A stretch of DNA of 35,325 bases from Patescibacteria group bacterium. Lineage in GTDB: Bacteria > Patescibacteriota > Minisyncoccia > Minisyncoccales > CG1-02-41-26. Positions 9,691 through 16,742 of this stretch are shown here, in pieces. The stretch spans positions 1-35,325 of the forward strand of contig DYHM01000001.1 of NCBI GenBank assembly GCA_020724125.1. Reading direction: 5' to 3'. The notes beneath the pieces are model-generated. The model saw only the letters and a list, made by a program, of their open reading frames with translations. It was not told the origin of the DNA and did not search any database. Position 1 is the first letter of the stretch. Every line of letters starts with the position of its first letter. The translations under genes were made by a program, and so were the position numbers.

Positions 9691-9784
9691 CAAATTGATG
9701 CCATATAAACCATTTATTTATAAGGTTTTTTAAAAGGAAAAATTATAAAAATACCTCAAAATATTATTAAACAACATCTTTAAT
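9651..9784. repeat. 21-bp perfect inverted repeat around a 92-nt spacer (MITE-like or long hairpin)
   Basis: attaaagatgttgtttaataa (9651-9671) is the exact reverse complement of ttattaaacaacatctttaat (9764-9784). The left arm overlaps the end of the IS5-like fragment. Confidence 0.6.
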
Positions 9785-9933
9785 GAACCATCAATATCAA
9801 ATACAGGTAGTTGACCTAAGCAATACTGCCTTAGATTTTTAAAATATAAATTTTTAGGCGAAAGCCATCTTACAGTCGACCAATAAACCCTCACTGGTGG
9901 ATTATCTAAGGGAATTCTTTGATTTATTTCTTT

Positions 9934-10302
9934 TTAAAGATCTTTGTTAATTTTAATGCATTTGTCGGTTTGATTTATAAATCTGGAAATTGAGTTTTTG
10001 GATCTTTTTGCTAATTTATAACGGAAGTGATGTTTTCCCGCATTAAACTCTTCTTGAAATTTTGATGGCAAGTTTATTTTCCAATTTTGATAGAATTTCT
10101 CGATGGGAGATAAATCAGGATGAAATTTAATATATTCGATATCTATTATTCGATATCTATTCCTTTTTTAATTTTATTTTCAAAATTTGGCGCTATAATT
10201 TTTAAACATTTGAAACCGAAATGTTTATATTTATCTGATATTAATCTAATTTCTTTTTCTTCGAGAGGATAACTTTTAACCCCTATTGACCACCCTTTTC
10301 TT
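9934..10302 (-). pseudogene. IS630/Tc1-mariner-like transposase C-terminal remnant, frameshifted
   Basis: The minus strand reads ..KIIAPNFENKIKKGIDIE then, after a shift, IEYIKFHPDLSPIEKFYQNWK.. (equivalent to the YSPxLNPIE motif). A 14-nt tandem duplication, tattcgatatctat x2 at about 10136-10163, causes the shift. Confidence 0.5.
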
Positions 10303-10319
10303 TAATGTTCATTTATAAG

Positions 10320-10424
10320 ATAACGATACGTTAGTTGGTAATTTTAATTAGTTTTAAATCAATATCTTTATTCTCTTTTAGGCATTGAGCTGGTGTTTTG
10401 AAATTTAATCTTTTTAATCTTGTA
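10320..10424 (-). mobile_element. Truncated inverted copy of the right end of the IS481-like element at 15220-16209
   Basis: By hand alignment, about 105 nt match the reverse complement of about 16105-16209 with only about 6 mismatches. The match includes the terminal TAACGATACGT. Confidence 0.8.
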
Positions 10425-10568
10425 TTCACGCATAAAGATGATGCGTAATAAGGTTTTCCGTAAATTTCCGGCTCTTTCTAACGCAATTTTATTAGTAAAA
10501 TTAACGCAAAATTGCCATAAATTTTATTACGCGCTAAATTTAATGTTCGTTTAAATTATGTTTTGGCT

Positions 10569-10597
10569 GTTTAAATTTTGCTTCGCAAAATTTAAAC
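10569..10597 (-). terminator. 13-bp perfect hairpin just downstream of murG (no clear U-tract)
   Basis: gtttaaattttgc-ttc-gcaaaatttaaac. It shares ttgcttcgca with the GC-rich module inside iorA. Confidence 0.35.
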
Positions 10598-10608
10598 AAT
10601 AAAAAAAT

Positions 10609-11748
10609 TCAAGAAACCCTATTTTTATTAGAGAGTTGGGTGAAATACTCAATAAGATAAGAGGCGATTATTTTGGCGGCATTAGACCGGCTGAAATTCT
10701 TGGAATTTTCTTTCATTTTAGTTAAAATATCCCGACGGGAAAATAGATGCTTTAATTTAGTCAAAAAGAAATGCGGACTAAAATTACTTTCTTCAATTAC
10801 TTCCCCTCCTCCTTTTTCAGTAAAGATATAAGCATTTTTTAATTGATGATTTTGAGCAGATTGAGCTAAGGGGATCAAAAGGGCCGGTTTGCCGGCGGCA
10901 GATATTTCAAAGATAGCTCCGGCGCCGGCTCGGGAAATAATCAAATCAGCAACCACTAAGGCTTGTTTATAAAACTCTTCTTCTAAAAAAGGAAAGGGAT
11001 GATAATCTTTTTTAAGATCTTCATCGGTTAAAATCGCTTCGGCTTCTTTTTTAACTTCTAAAAAGTTTTTCCGACCGGTCTGATGAATTATTTCAAAATC
11101 TTTAAGAAAGGCTGGTAAAATTTCTAAAATTACTTCGTTAATTTTTTGAGCGCCCTGAGAGCCGCCTAAAATTAAAATAAGAGGTTTATTACCTTGAAGT
11201 TTAAAAAGTTTTTGAGCCTCTTTTTTGGAACCTTCTAAAATTTCTTGACGAACAGGATTGCCAACAACAATTCCTTTGTTTTTGTCCAAGGAATCAATCA
11301 AAGGAAAAGAAAGAAACACTTCCTGAGCCCATTTACTCTCAATTTTAGAAGCTAATCCAAAAACACTGTCTGATTCATGAAGAAAAAAGGGAATGCCAAA
11401 AATGTTTGCCCAAAAAGCAACAGGAAAAGAACCATAACCGCTTTTACTAAAAACCAGGTCTGGTCCCAAAAAGAATAACCAAAAGAAAGATTGAATTAGA
11501 CCAATGGGTAATTTAAAAATATCTAAAAAATTTTCCAACGAAAAATACCTTCTCAATTTACCAGTTAAAATTTTAATAATCCTTATTTCTTCTTTTTCTA
11601 ATAACCCTGAAATGTGTTCATTGAGATTCGGACCAATATAATAAGGTTTAAAGTTTAAATCAGGATAATTTTTTTTAATTTCACGAACAATGGCTAAAAA
11701 GGGAAAAATATGACCAGCAGTTCCGCCGCCAGTAAAAACAATTTTCAT
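10609..11748 (-). CDS. murG: UDP-N-acetylglucosamine--lipid I N-acetylglucosaminyltransferase MurG
   Basis: 379 aa with the N-terminal MKIVFTGGGTAGHIFP motif and a C-terminal GT28 region (GGSQGA.., SRAGAGAI.E). Confidence 0.9.
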   Translation of the reverse strand: MKIVFTGGGTAGHIFPFLAIVREIKKNYPDLNFKPYYIGPNLNEHISGLLEKEEIRIIKILTGKLRRYFSLENFLDIFKLPIGLIQSFFWLFFLGPDLVFSKSGYGSFPVAFWANIFGIPFFLHESDSVFGLASKIESKWAQEVFLSFPLIDSLDKNKGIVVGNPVRQEILEGSKKEAQKLFKLQGNKPLILILGGSQGAQKINEVILEILPAFLKDFEIIHQTGRKNFLEVKKEAEAILTDEDLKKDYHPFPFLEEEFYKQALVVADLIISRAGAGAIFEISAAGKPALLIPLAQSAQNHQLKNAYIFTEKGGGEVIEESNFSPHFFLTKLKHLFSRRDILTKMKENSKNFSRSNAAKIIASYLIEYFTQLSNKNRVS

Positions 11749-11784
11749 AAATCATTTATTTAAAGTTCCAAATTACAAATCAAT

Positions 11785-13473
11785 TTATTCTACATAATCT
11801 GGTAAAACTTGCCAAGAGTCAATAATATATTTTATTAAATCTCGACCCAAGGGAACCGCTGAGTAGCTGGAAATTTGTGCCTTTTTGGGATTGTCTAACT
11901 TAATAAAAATCAAAAATTTTGGCTCAAAGGCTGGGAAAAAAGCCGTAAAGGTATGAATAATTTCAAATTGCGAATAACCCTTTTTGTCTTTTAAAGGAAC
12001 CTGGGCTGTTCCGGTTTTGCCGGCAATAAAATAACCAGGGATTTTAGCTCGTTGAGAAGCGCCGTCTTCAACCACCTTAATCAGTATCGAAGTAATTGTA
12101 TCGGCTGTTTTTTTTGAAAAAACTTTTTTCTGAATTTGGGGTTGAATTTCAATAATTTCATTATTAACCTTACTAATTTTTTTAACAACAAAAGGCCGCA
12201 TTAGATTTCCACCATTCGCAATAGCGCCGAAAATTCTTATTAATTGAATTGGCGTAATTTCTATCCCTTGACCAAAACTCGCTGTCGCTAAGGTTCGAGG
12301 ATGAGAAACTTTGGTTAAATTTTTATTTTCCGAAAAAACCTCTCCTGGTAAATCAATTCCTGTTTTTTCAAAAAGACCAAATTCTTTCAGGTATTTCAAA
12401 AAAATCTCACGGCCAAGTTTTTGTTGAACAAAAACGGCGCCGGTATTTATTGAATGTTTTAAAACGCCAATTATTGACTGTTCTCCCCAGGCTCGTCTAT
12501 CAAAATTACAAATAGGTCGACCTTTTGTTTTTAGACAACCCTCATCAAGATAGGTAGTTTCGGGGGTAATTAATTCTTCCTCTAAACCAGCTGTTATTGT
12601 GATTGGTTTTAAAACTGAACCTGGTTCAAAAAGTTTTTGAGAAATTGGATTAAGAAACGTTTCTAAATTTTTTTCTTCTTTATAATGGTTAGGGTCAAAA
12701 TTGGACAAAACCGCCAAGGCCAAAATTTCGCCGGTCTGAGGAATCGTCACCACAACCTGGCCAGAATCAATATCCCAAAGTTCTTTAGCTTTATCTAATA
12801 ATTTTTCGCTAAAATATTGAAGCTTGTAATCTAAGGTTAAAAAAATATTTGCTCCTTTTAAGAAAATAGTTTCGTTATTTTTCCGTAAAAGAGAAGCAAA
12901 ATATCCAAAAGGCGCTTTCTCTCTTTGCTCAAACTTTTTTTCTCCTTTTAAAAAATCATCATAAAAAGATTCTATTCCATATTGTCCTTCATTCTCGGTG
13001 TTTATAAAACCCACAACATGAGAAGCTATTCTTTTTTGGGGATAAACTCTTCCCCAAAAACTATCAGTAACTACCCCTTTTATTTTTTTATCCTCTATTT
13101 CTTTTAATGTTTCAATAGAGATTTCTTTTTTAAAAATTTGATTTTTTGTTAAAAAAAGAGCTAAATTCGCTTGTTTTTCTTTTAAAATTTCACTTAAAAT
13201 CCGAACCTTTTCTTTTAATTGGTCTTGGGAAATTTTTTGAGGAAAGAGATAAACAATATTTTTTTTCTCTGTTTTGGCTAATGGTGTTTGCTCGTCATTA
13301 AAAAAAATTTCTCCTCTTTCTCCCTTAATCTCGCCAAAAAAGATTTGCTGACCTAGCGCTAAAACTTTATAATATTTTCCCTTCTCAATTTGCAAATAAT
13401 ATAACCGCCAAAAAATTAAAAGAGAAAAACAAATTAAAAAAAGAAAAATTAATTTATTTCTCCAAGCAATCAT
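11785..13473 (-). CDS. Class B penicillin-binding protein (FtsI/PBP2-type transpeptidase)
   Basis: 562 aa with an N-terminal TM anchor and the SVLKP (SxxK), SIN (SxN) and KTGTAQ motifs. Confidence 0.85.
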   Translation of the reverse strand: MIAWRNKLIFLFLICFSLLIFWRLYYLQIEKGKYYKVLALGQQIFFGEIKGERGEIFFNDEQTPLAKTEKKNIVYLFPQKISQDQLKEKVRILSEILKEKQANLALFLTKNQIFKKEISIETLKEIEDKKIKGVVTDSFWGRVYPQKRIASHVVGFINTENEGQYGIESFYDDFLKGEKKFEQREKAPFGYFASLLRKNNETIFLKGANIFLTLDYKLQYFSEKLLDKAKELWDIDSGQVVVTIPQTGEILALAVLSNFDPNHYKEEKNLETFLNPISQKLFEPGSVLKPITITAGLEEELITPETTYLDEGCLKTKGRPICNFDRRAWGEQSIIGVLKHSINTGAVFVQQKLGREIFLKYLKEFGLFEKTGIDLPGEVFSENKNLTKVSHPRTLATASFGQGIEITPIQLIRIFGAIANGGNLMRPFVVKKISKVNNEIIEIQPQIQKKVFSKKTADTITSILIKVVEDGASQRAKIPGYFIAGKTGTAQVPLKDKKGYSQFEIIHTFTAFFPAFEPKFLIFIKLDNPKKAQISSYSAVPLGRDLIKYIIDSWQVLPDYVE

Positions 13474-13577
13474 TGATTTTAATTTTAATTTTTGATTTAA
13501 CTCAATTTAAGTTTTAGGTCAACCAAAAAAGAAAAAAACTATTTATCCCGATAGAAACATTAGCGCCTGTGTCGGGT

Positions 13578-14618
13578 TTACAAAATTTCAAATCCCTGTT
13601 TAACTTGATTTCCTTGTTTTAATTTTAGATAATCTTTGATTATCTCAAAAATTATTCCCGCTAAAGGAATAGACAAGATCGCCCCTAAAATTCCCCAAAG
13701 GGTTCCTCCAACGGCTAAGGCGATTAAAACTAAAACCGGCGGCAAATCAATAAATTTTTTAAATAAAAACGGAAAAAGAAAATTATTTTCAAGTTGTTGA
13801 ATAATTATAAAACTAAATAAGACTAACAAAGCCTGAGGCATGGAATCTATCATCACAAACAAAACAATGCCCGCGCCGGCCACCATTGGTCCCACAACGG
13901 GAATGAAATCAAAAACACCAAAGATAATACTTAAGACCAAGGCGTATTTTATTTCTAAAACATTTAAGGTTAGATAAGATAAAAAACCGACAAACAAAAC
14001 ACCGATTAACCGACAAATAAACCAACCACTTACTTGTTTTTTAGCCCGAAGCAAAAAATTAAAAAGATAAAAATGATATTTTTGCGGCGCCAAATTAGCG
14101 ACTAATTTTTCCAAAAATTGTTTTTCTAAGGATAAAAAGAACGCTAAAAAGAAAACAAAAATCAGGGCATTAATTCCGCCAAAAACAACGATTAAGCCGC
14201 TAAAAACATTTTCGCTAATTTTCCCCAAATTTCCTTTGATAAAATTTAATAAAGATTGAATATCAGAACTAAAATCAAAACCAATTTTTTCTAAAAAGGG
14301 AGCAATTTTTTGAAAATAAGATGGAAGAATGAAGGTAAGTTGTTTAATTTCCAGAAGCAAAAGAGGTCCTATTTTATAAAGAAAGACAGCTAAAAGAATA
14401 AATAGTCCGAAATAAATAAAAGTTGTCGCCAAAATTCTTGGAATTCTTATTTTTTCCAGAAAATCTATGAAAAAATTAAACAAAATTGAAAGAATTAAAG
14501 CAAAAATAAACCAGATAACCAAATCTTTAATTATAAAAAGGAAATAAAGAAAAATAATAACAGCAGTTATTTTTAAACAAAAATCCCAGTTTATATTTAA
14601 AGTTTTTTCGTTTTCCAT
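13578..14618 (-). CDS. AI-2E family transporter (PerM/UPF0118-like permease)
   Basis: 346 aa polytopic membrane protein whose length and helix layout are typical of the family. The assignment comes from overall pattern recognition only. Confidence 0.6.
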   Translation of the reverse strand: MENEKTLNINWDFCLKITAVIIFLYFLFIIKDLVIWFIFALILSILFNFFIDFLEKIRIPRILATTFIYFGLFILLAVFLYKIGPLLLLEIKQLTFILPSYFQKIAPFLEKIGFDFSSDIQSLLNFIKGNLGKISENVFSGLIVVFGGINALIFVFFLAFFLSLEKQFLEKLVANLAPQKYHFYLFNFLLRAKKQVSGWFICRLIGVLFVGFLSYLTLNVLEIKYALVLSIIFGVFDFIPVVGPMVAGAGIVLFVMIDSMPQALLVLFSFIIIQQLENNFLFPFLFKKFIDLPPVLVLIALAVGGTLWGILGAILSIPLAGIIFEIIKDYLKLKQGNQVKQGFEIL

Positions 14619-14696
14619 GTTAGTTTTATTAAGTCCTATCGGAAAGAAAGAGGTTTTTTAATGGATAAAAGTTTTTGGCGGTCTCAAAAATTAAAG

Positions 14697-14915
14697 TTAT
14701 TTTCGGCGCAATTCTTTTTTCCACAAATAGGCGATATTGGCCGTTACTTTGTATTCGGTAATTTTGCCGTTTTCTACTCTAACGGTTTTATCTAAAATTT
14801 TAGCGCCCGTTACATTTTCTTTTTGTCCAACCGCGCATTTTATTATTTCCCCCAAAGCATCTTCAAAACTTTTAGATGATGAACCTATAAGTTTTTTTAT
14901 TTTTATCACAGCCAT
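14697..14915 (-). CDS. Dodecin-family small protein
   Basis: 72 aa. The pattern IKIKKLIGSSSKSFEDAL..VTGAKI..TVRVENGKITEYKVTANIAY matches the dodecin fold pattern (v.e.vG.S..S.edA.. / v..G.v.eY.V...v.F). Confidence 0.6.
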   Translation of the reverse strand: MAVIKIKKLIGSSSKSFEDALGEIIKCAVGQKENVTGAKILDKTVRVENGKITEYKVTANIAYLWKKELRRK

Positions 14916-14916
14916 A

Positions 14917-14958
14917 TTTTTAGATTTAAAATTAAAATTTTAGATTTAAAATTAAAAT
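14917..14958. repeat. 21-nt tandem duplication (x2) directly upstream of the dodecin start
   Basis: ttttagatttaaaattaaaat occurs at 14917-14937 and again at 14938-14958. Confidence 0.7.
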
Positions 14959-14984
14959 CCAACTTTTCGACCTTATAATTCAAG

Positions 14985-15219
14985 TGTTATTAATTATCCT
15001 TTATAAAAACCAAAATGTCAATTTTTAAGAAAACTAACTTGGGAAAAAATTTGCATTGGATTTTTTTATTAAGACTAAACCTCAATGATTTTAATTTCAA
15101 AACTTTAAAAGCGCGTTCTTGTCCTGTTTTAATATTTAAAAATCCATAAACACTTCTATTTTCTTTTTTATTAGAGACCTCTATTTTGGGATTTTCTCTC
15201 TGTAATAGTTATTTGCTGG
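14985..15219 (-). pseudogene. IS630-like transposase middle fragment, abutting the IS481-like left end
   Basis: The minus strand reads ..YREKIPK*/IEVSNKKENRSVYGFLNIKTGQERAFKV..KLVFLKIDILVFIKDN*, the pattern seen around the second catalytic D and the DN(A)..H region of IS630 transposases. It is frameshifted and truncated. Confidence 0.45.
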
Positions 15220-16209
15220 CTAACGGTACGTCATTGTGTATAATAAAAGACGTATGCAAATCAAATTACATAAATATGCTACCACAACTCCAGTTATAAG
15301 ACAAGCAATTGCCTCATCTTCCCTATCTGCCTATGCTTTAGCTAAACAATATGGCATTTCTTAAGATACAGCAAGAAAATGGAAATTTTTAGGAAAACAA
15401 GGTATTTTTAAAGACAGAAGTAGTCGTCCTCATAAACTTAACACTGACCTTATTTCAGAACAAGAAGATTTAATCTGTTTTGAGGGAAAACAATTCAAGA
15501 AAACAATTGAGGATATCTTCCTTACTCTGGAAGACAAAATCTCTAACCTCTATCCGATGAAAATCTACCGTTGTTTAAGGAGGCATGATCTTGCTACCCC
15601 TCCCTCTGATTTTATAGAAATGGAAAGGAAGATTAAGAAATTCAAGAGATACGGGATAGGCTATCTTCATATTGATCTTTTGCATGCTCCCAAGATTAAT
15701 AAGGAAAGAAGCTATATCTATACTGCCATTGACTGGGTGGCCAAGATTGCCTTTGTGATGTTAGGTAAAAGAAAAATCAAGGAAACTGGCGCCAAATTCC
15801 TAAAACAAGTCTTGAAATTCTATCCCTACAAGATAAACTATATCCTAACAGATAATGGTTTTGAATTTTTCTACAAGGCTTTACCTAAAAACAAGAGAAC
15901 CAAAAAGATTCATCCCCTTGATAAGATTTGCCAAGAGAATAAAATAGAACGCGGAACAATCAAGTTTAAACATCTTTGGACCAATGGAATGATAGAAAAC
16001 TTTCACGGAACAATTAAAGATAAAGCGTTGAAAAGATATTTGTTTGAAACAATATTTGAAATGAACGTTCACTTAATTGAATTCATTAATAATTACAATA
16101 CGAACGCAAGATTAAAAAGATTAAATTTCAAAACACCAGCTCAATACCTAAAAGAGAATAAAAACATTGATTTAAAACTAATTAAAATTACCAACTAACG
16201 TATCGTTAG
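15220..16209 (+). mobile_element. IS481-like insertion sequence (~990 bp) with imperfect terminal inverted repeats
   Basis: CTAACGGTACGT (15220-15231) versus the reverse complement of 16198-16209 (CTAACGATACGT). One transposase frame fills the interior. Confidence 0.7.
15254..16198 (+). pseudogene. IS481-family DDE transposase with a single in-frame TAA (15362-15364)
   Basis: ATG 15254 and ORF 15557-16198 are in the same frame. The N-terminal HTH reads ..AKQYGIS*DTARKW. DDE region motifs: LHIDLL, TAIDWVAK, ILTDNGFEF, WTNGMIENFHGTIK. Confidence 0.7.
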
Positions 16210-16316
16210 TCAATAATTAAAATCATTAAATAAATTCAGTTCGTTGTTTCTTAAACATCTCAACTTTAATAAGGGAAAGAAGAAAATATTAAATTTATTG
16301 AATCGATAAATTTTTT

Positions 16317-16742
16317 ATGCAACATTTTACTATTCATATTGACGGCAGTTCTCGCGGCAATCCAGGGCCGGCCGGGCTCGGCGTTTTGTTCGTCAATGAG
16401 AATAACGAGATTATAAAAGAATATTTTCAATTTCTTGGTCAAAAAACAAATAATGAAGCCGAATACCTGTCTTTAATTTTCGGTCTTAAAAAAGCCAAAC
16501 TTCTTTTGGGTAAGAAAAAAATAAAAAACGTCTCTATTGAAATAAGATCTGATTCTGAACTTTTGGTAAAACAAATGAATGGTCACTATAAAATAAAAGA
16601 ACCCAATATTCAAAAGCTTTTTTTAGAAGCTTGGAATTTAAAAATTGATTTTCCAAATCTAAAATTCATCTTAATTCCGCGGGAAGAAAATAAACAAGCG
16701 GATAAATTATCTAATCTTGCGTATGAAACTCATCGTAGTTGA
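16317..16742 (+). CDS. rnhA: Ribonuclease HI-type (RNase H fold) protein
   Basis: 141 aa with DEDD-like positions: IHIDGSSRGNPGPAG, NNEAEY, RSDSEL, NKQADKLSN. Confidence 0.8.
   Translation: MQHFTIHIDGSSRGNPGPAGLGVLFVNENNEIIKEYFQFLGQKTNNEAEYLSLIFGLKKAKLLLGKKKIKNVSIEIRSDSELLVKQMNGHYKIKEPNIQKLFLEAWNLKIDFPNLKFILIPREENKQADKLSNLAYETHRS

Noticed and set aside
9934-15219. Idea that the two IS630-like fragments are halves of one copy split by a 4.7-kb insertion carrying murG-ftsI
   Set aside because: Both fragments appear to contain the region around the third catalytic segment (..ILVFIKDN in one, ..LKIIAPNF.. in the other). They therefore overlap rather than complement each other, so two separate decayed copies is the more likely explanation.
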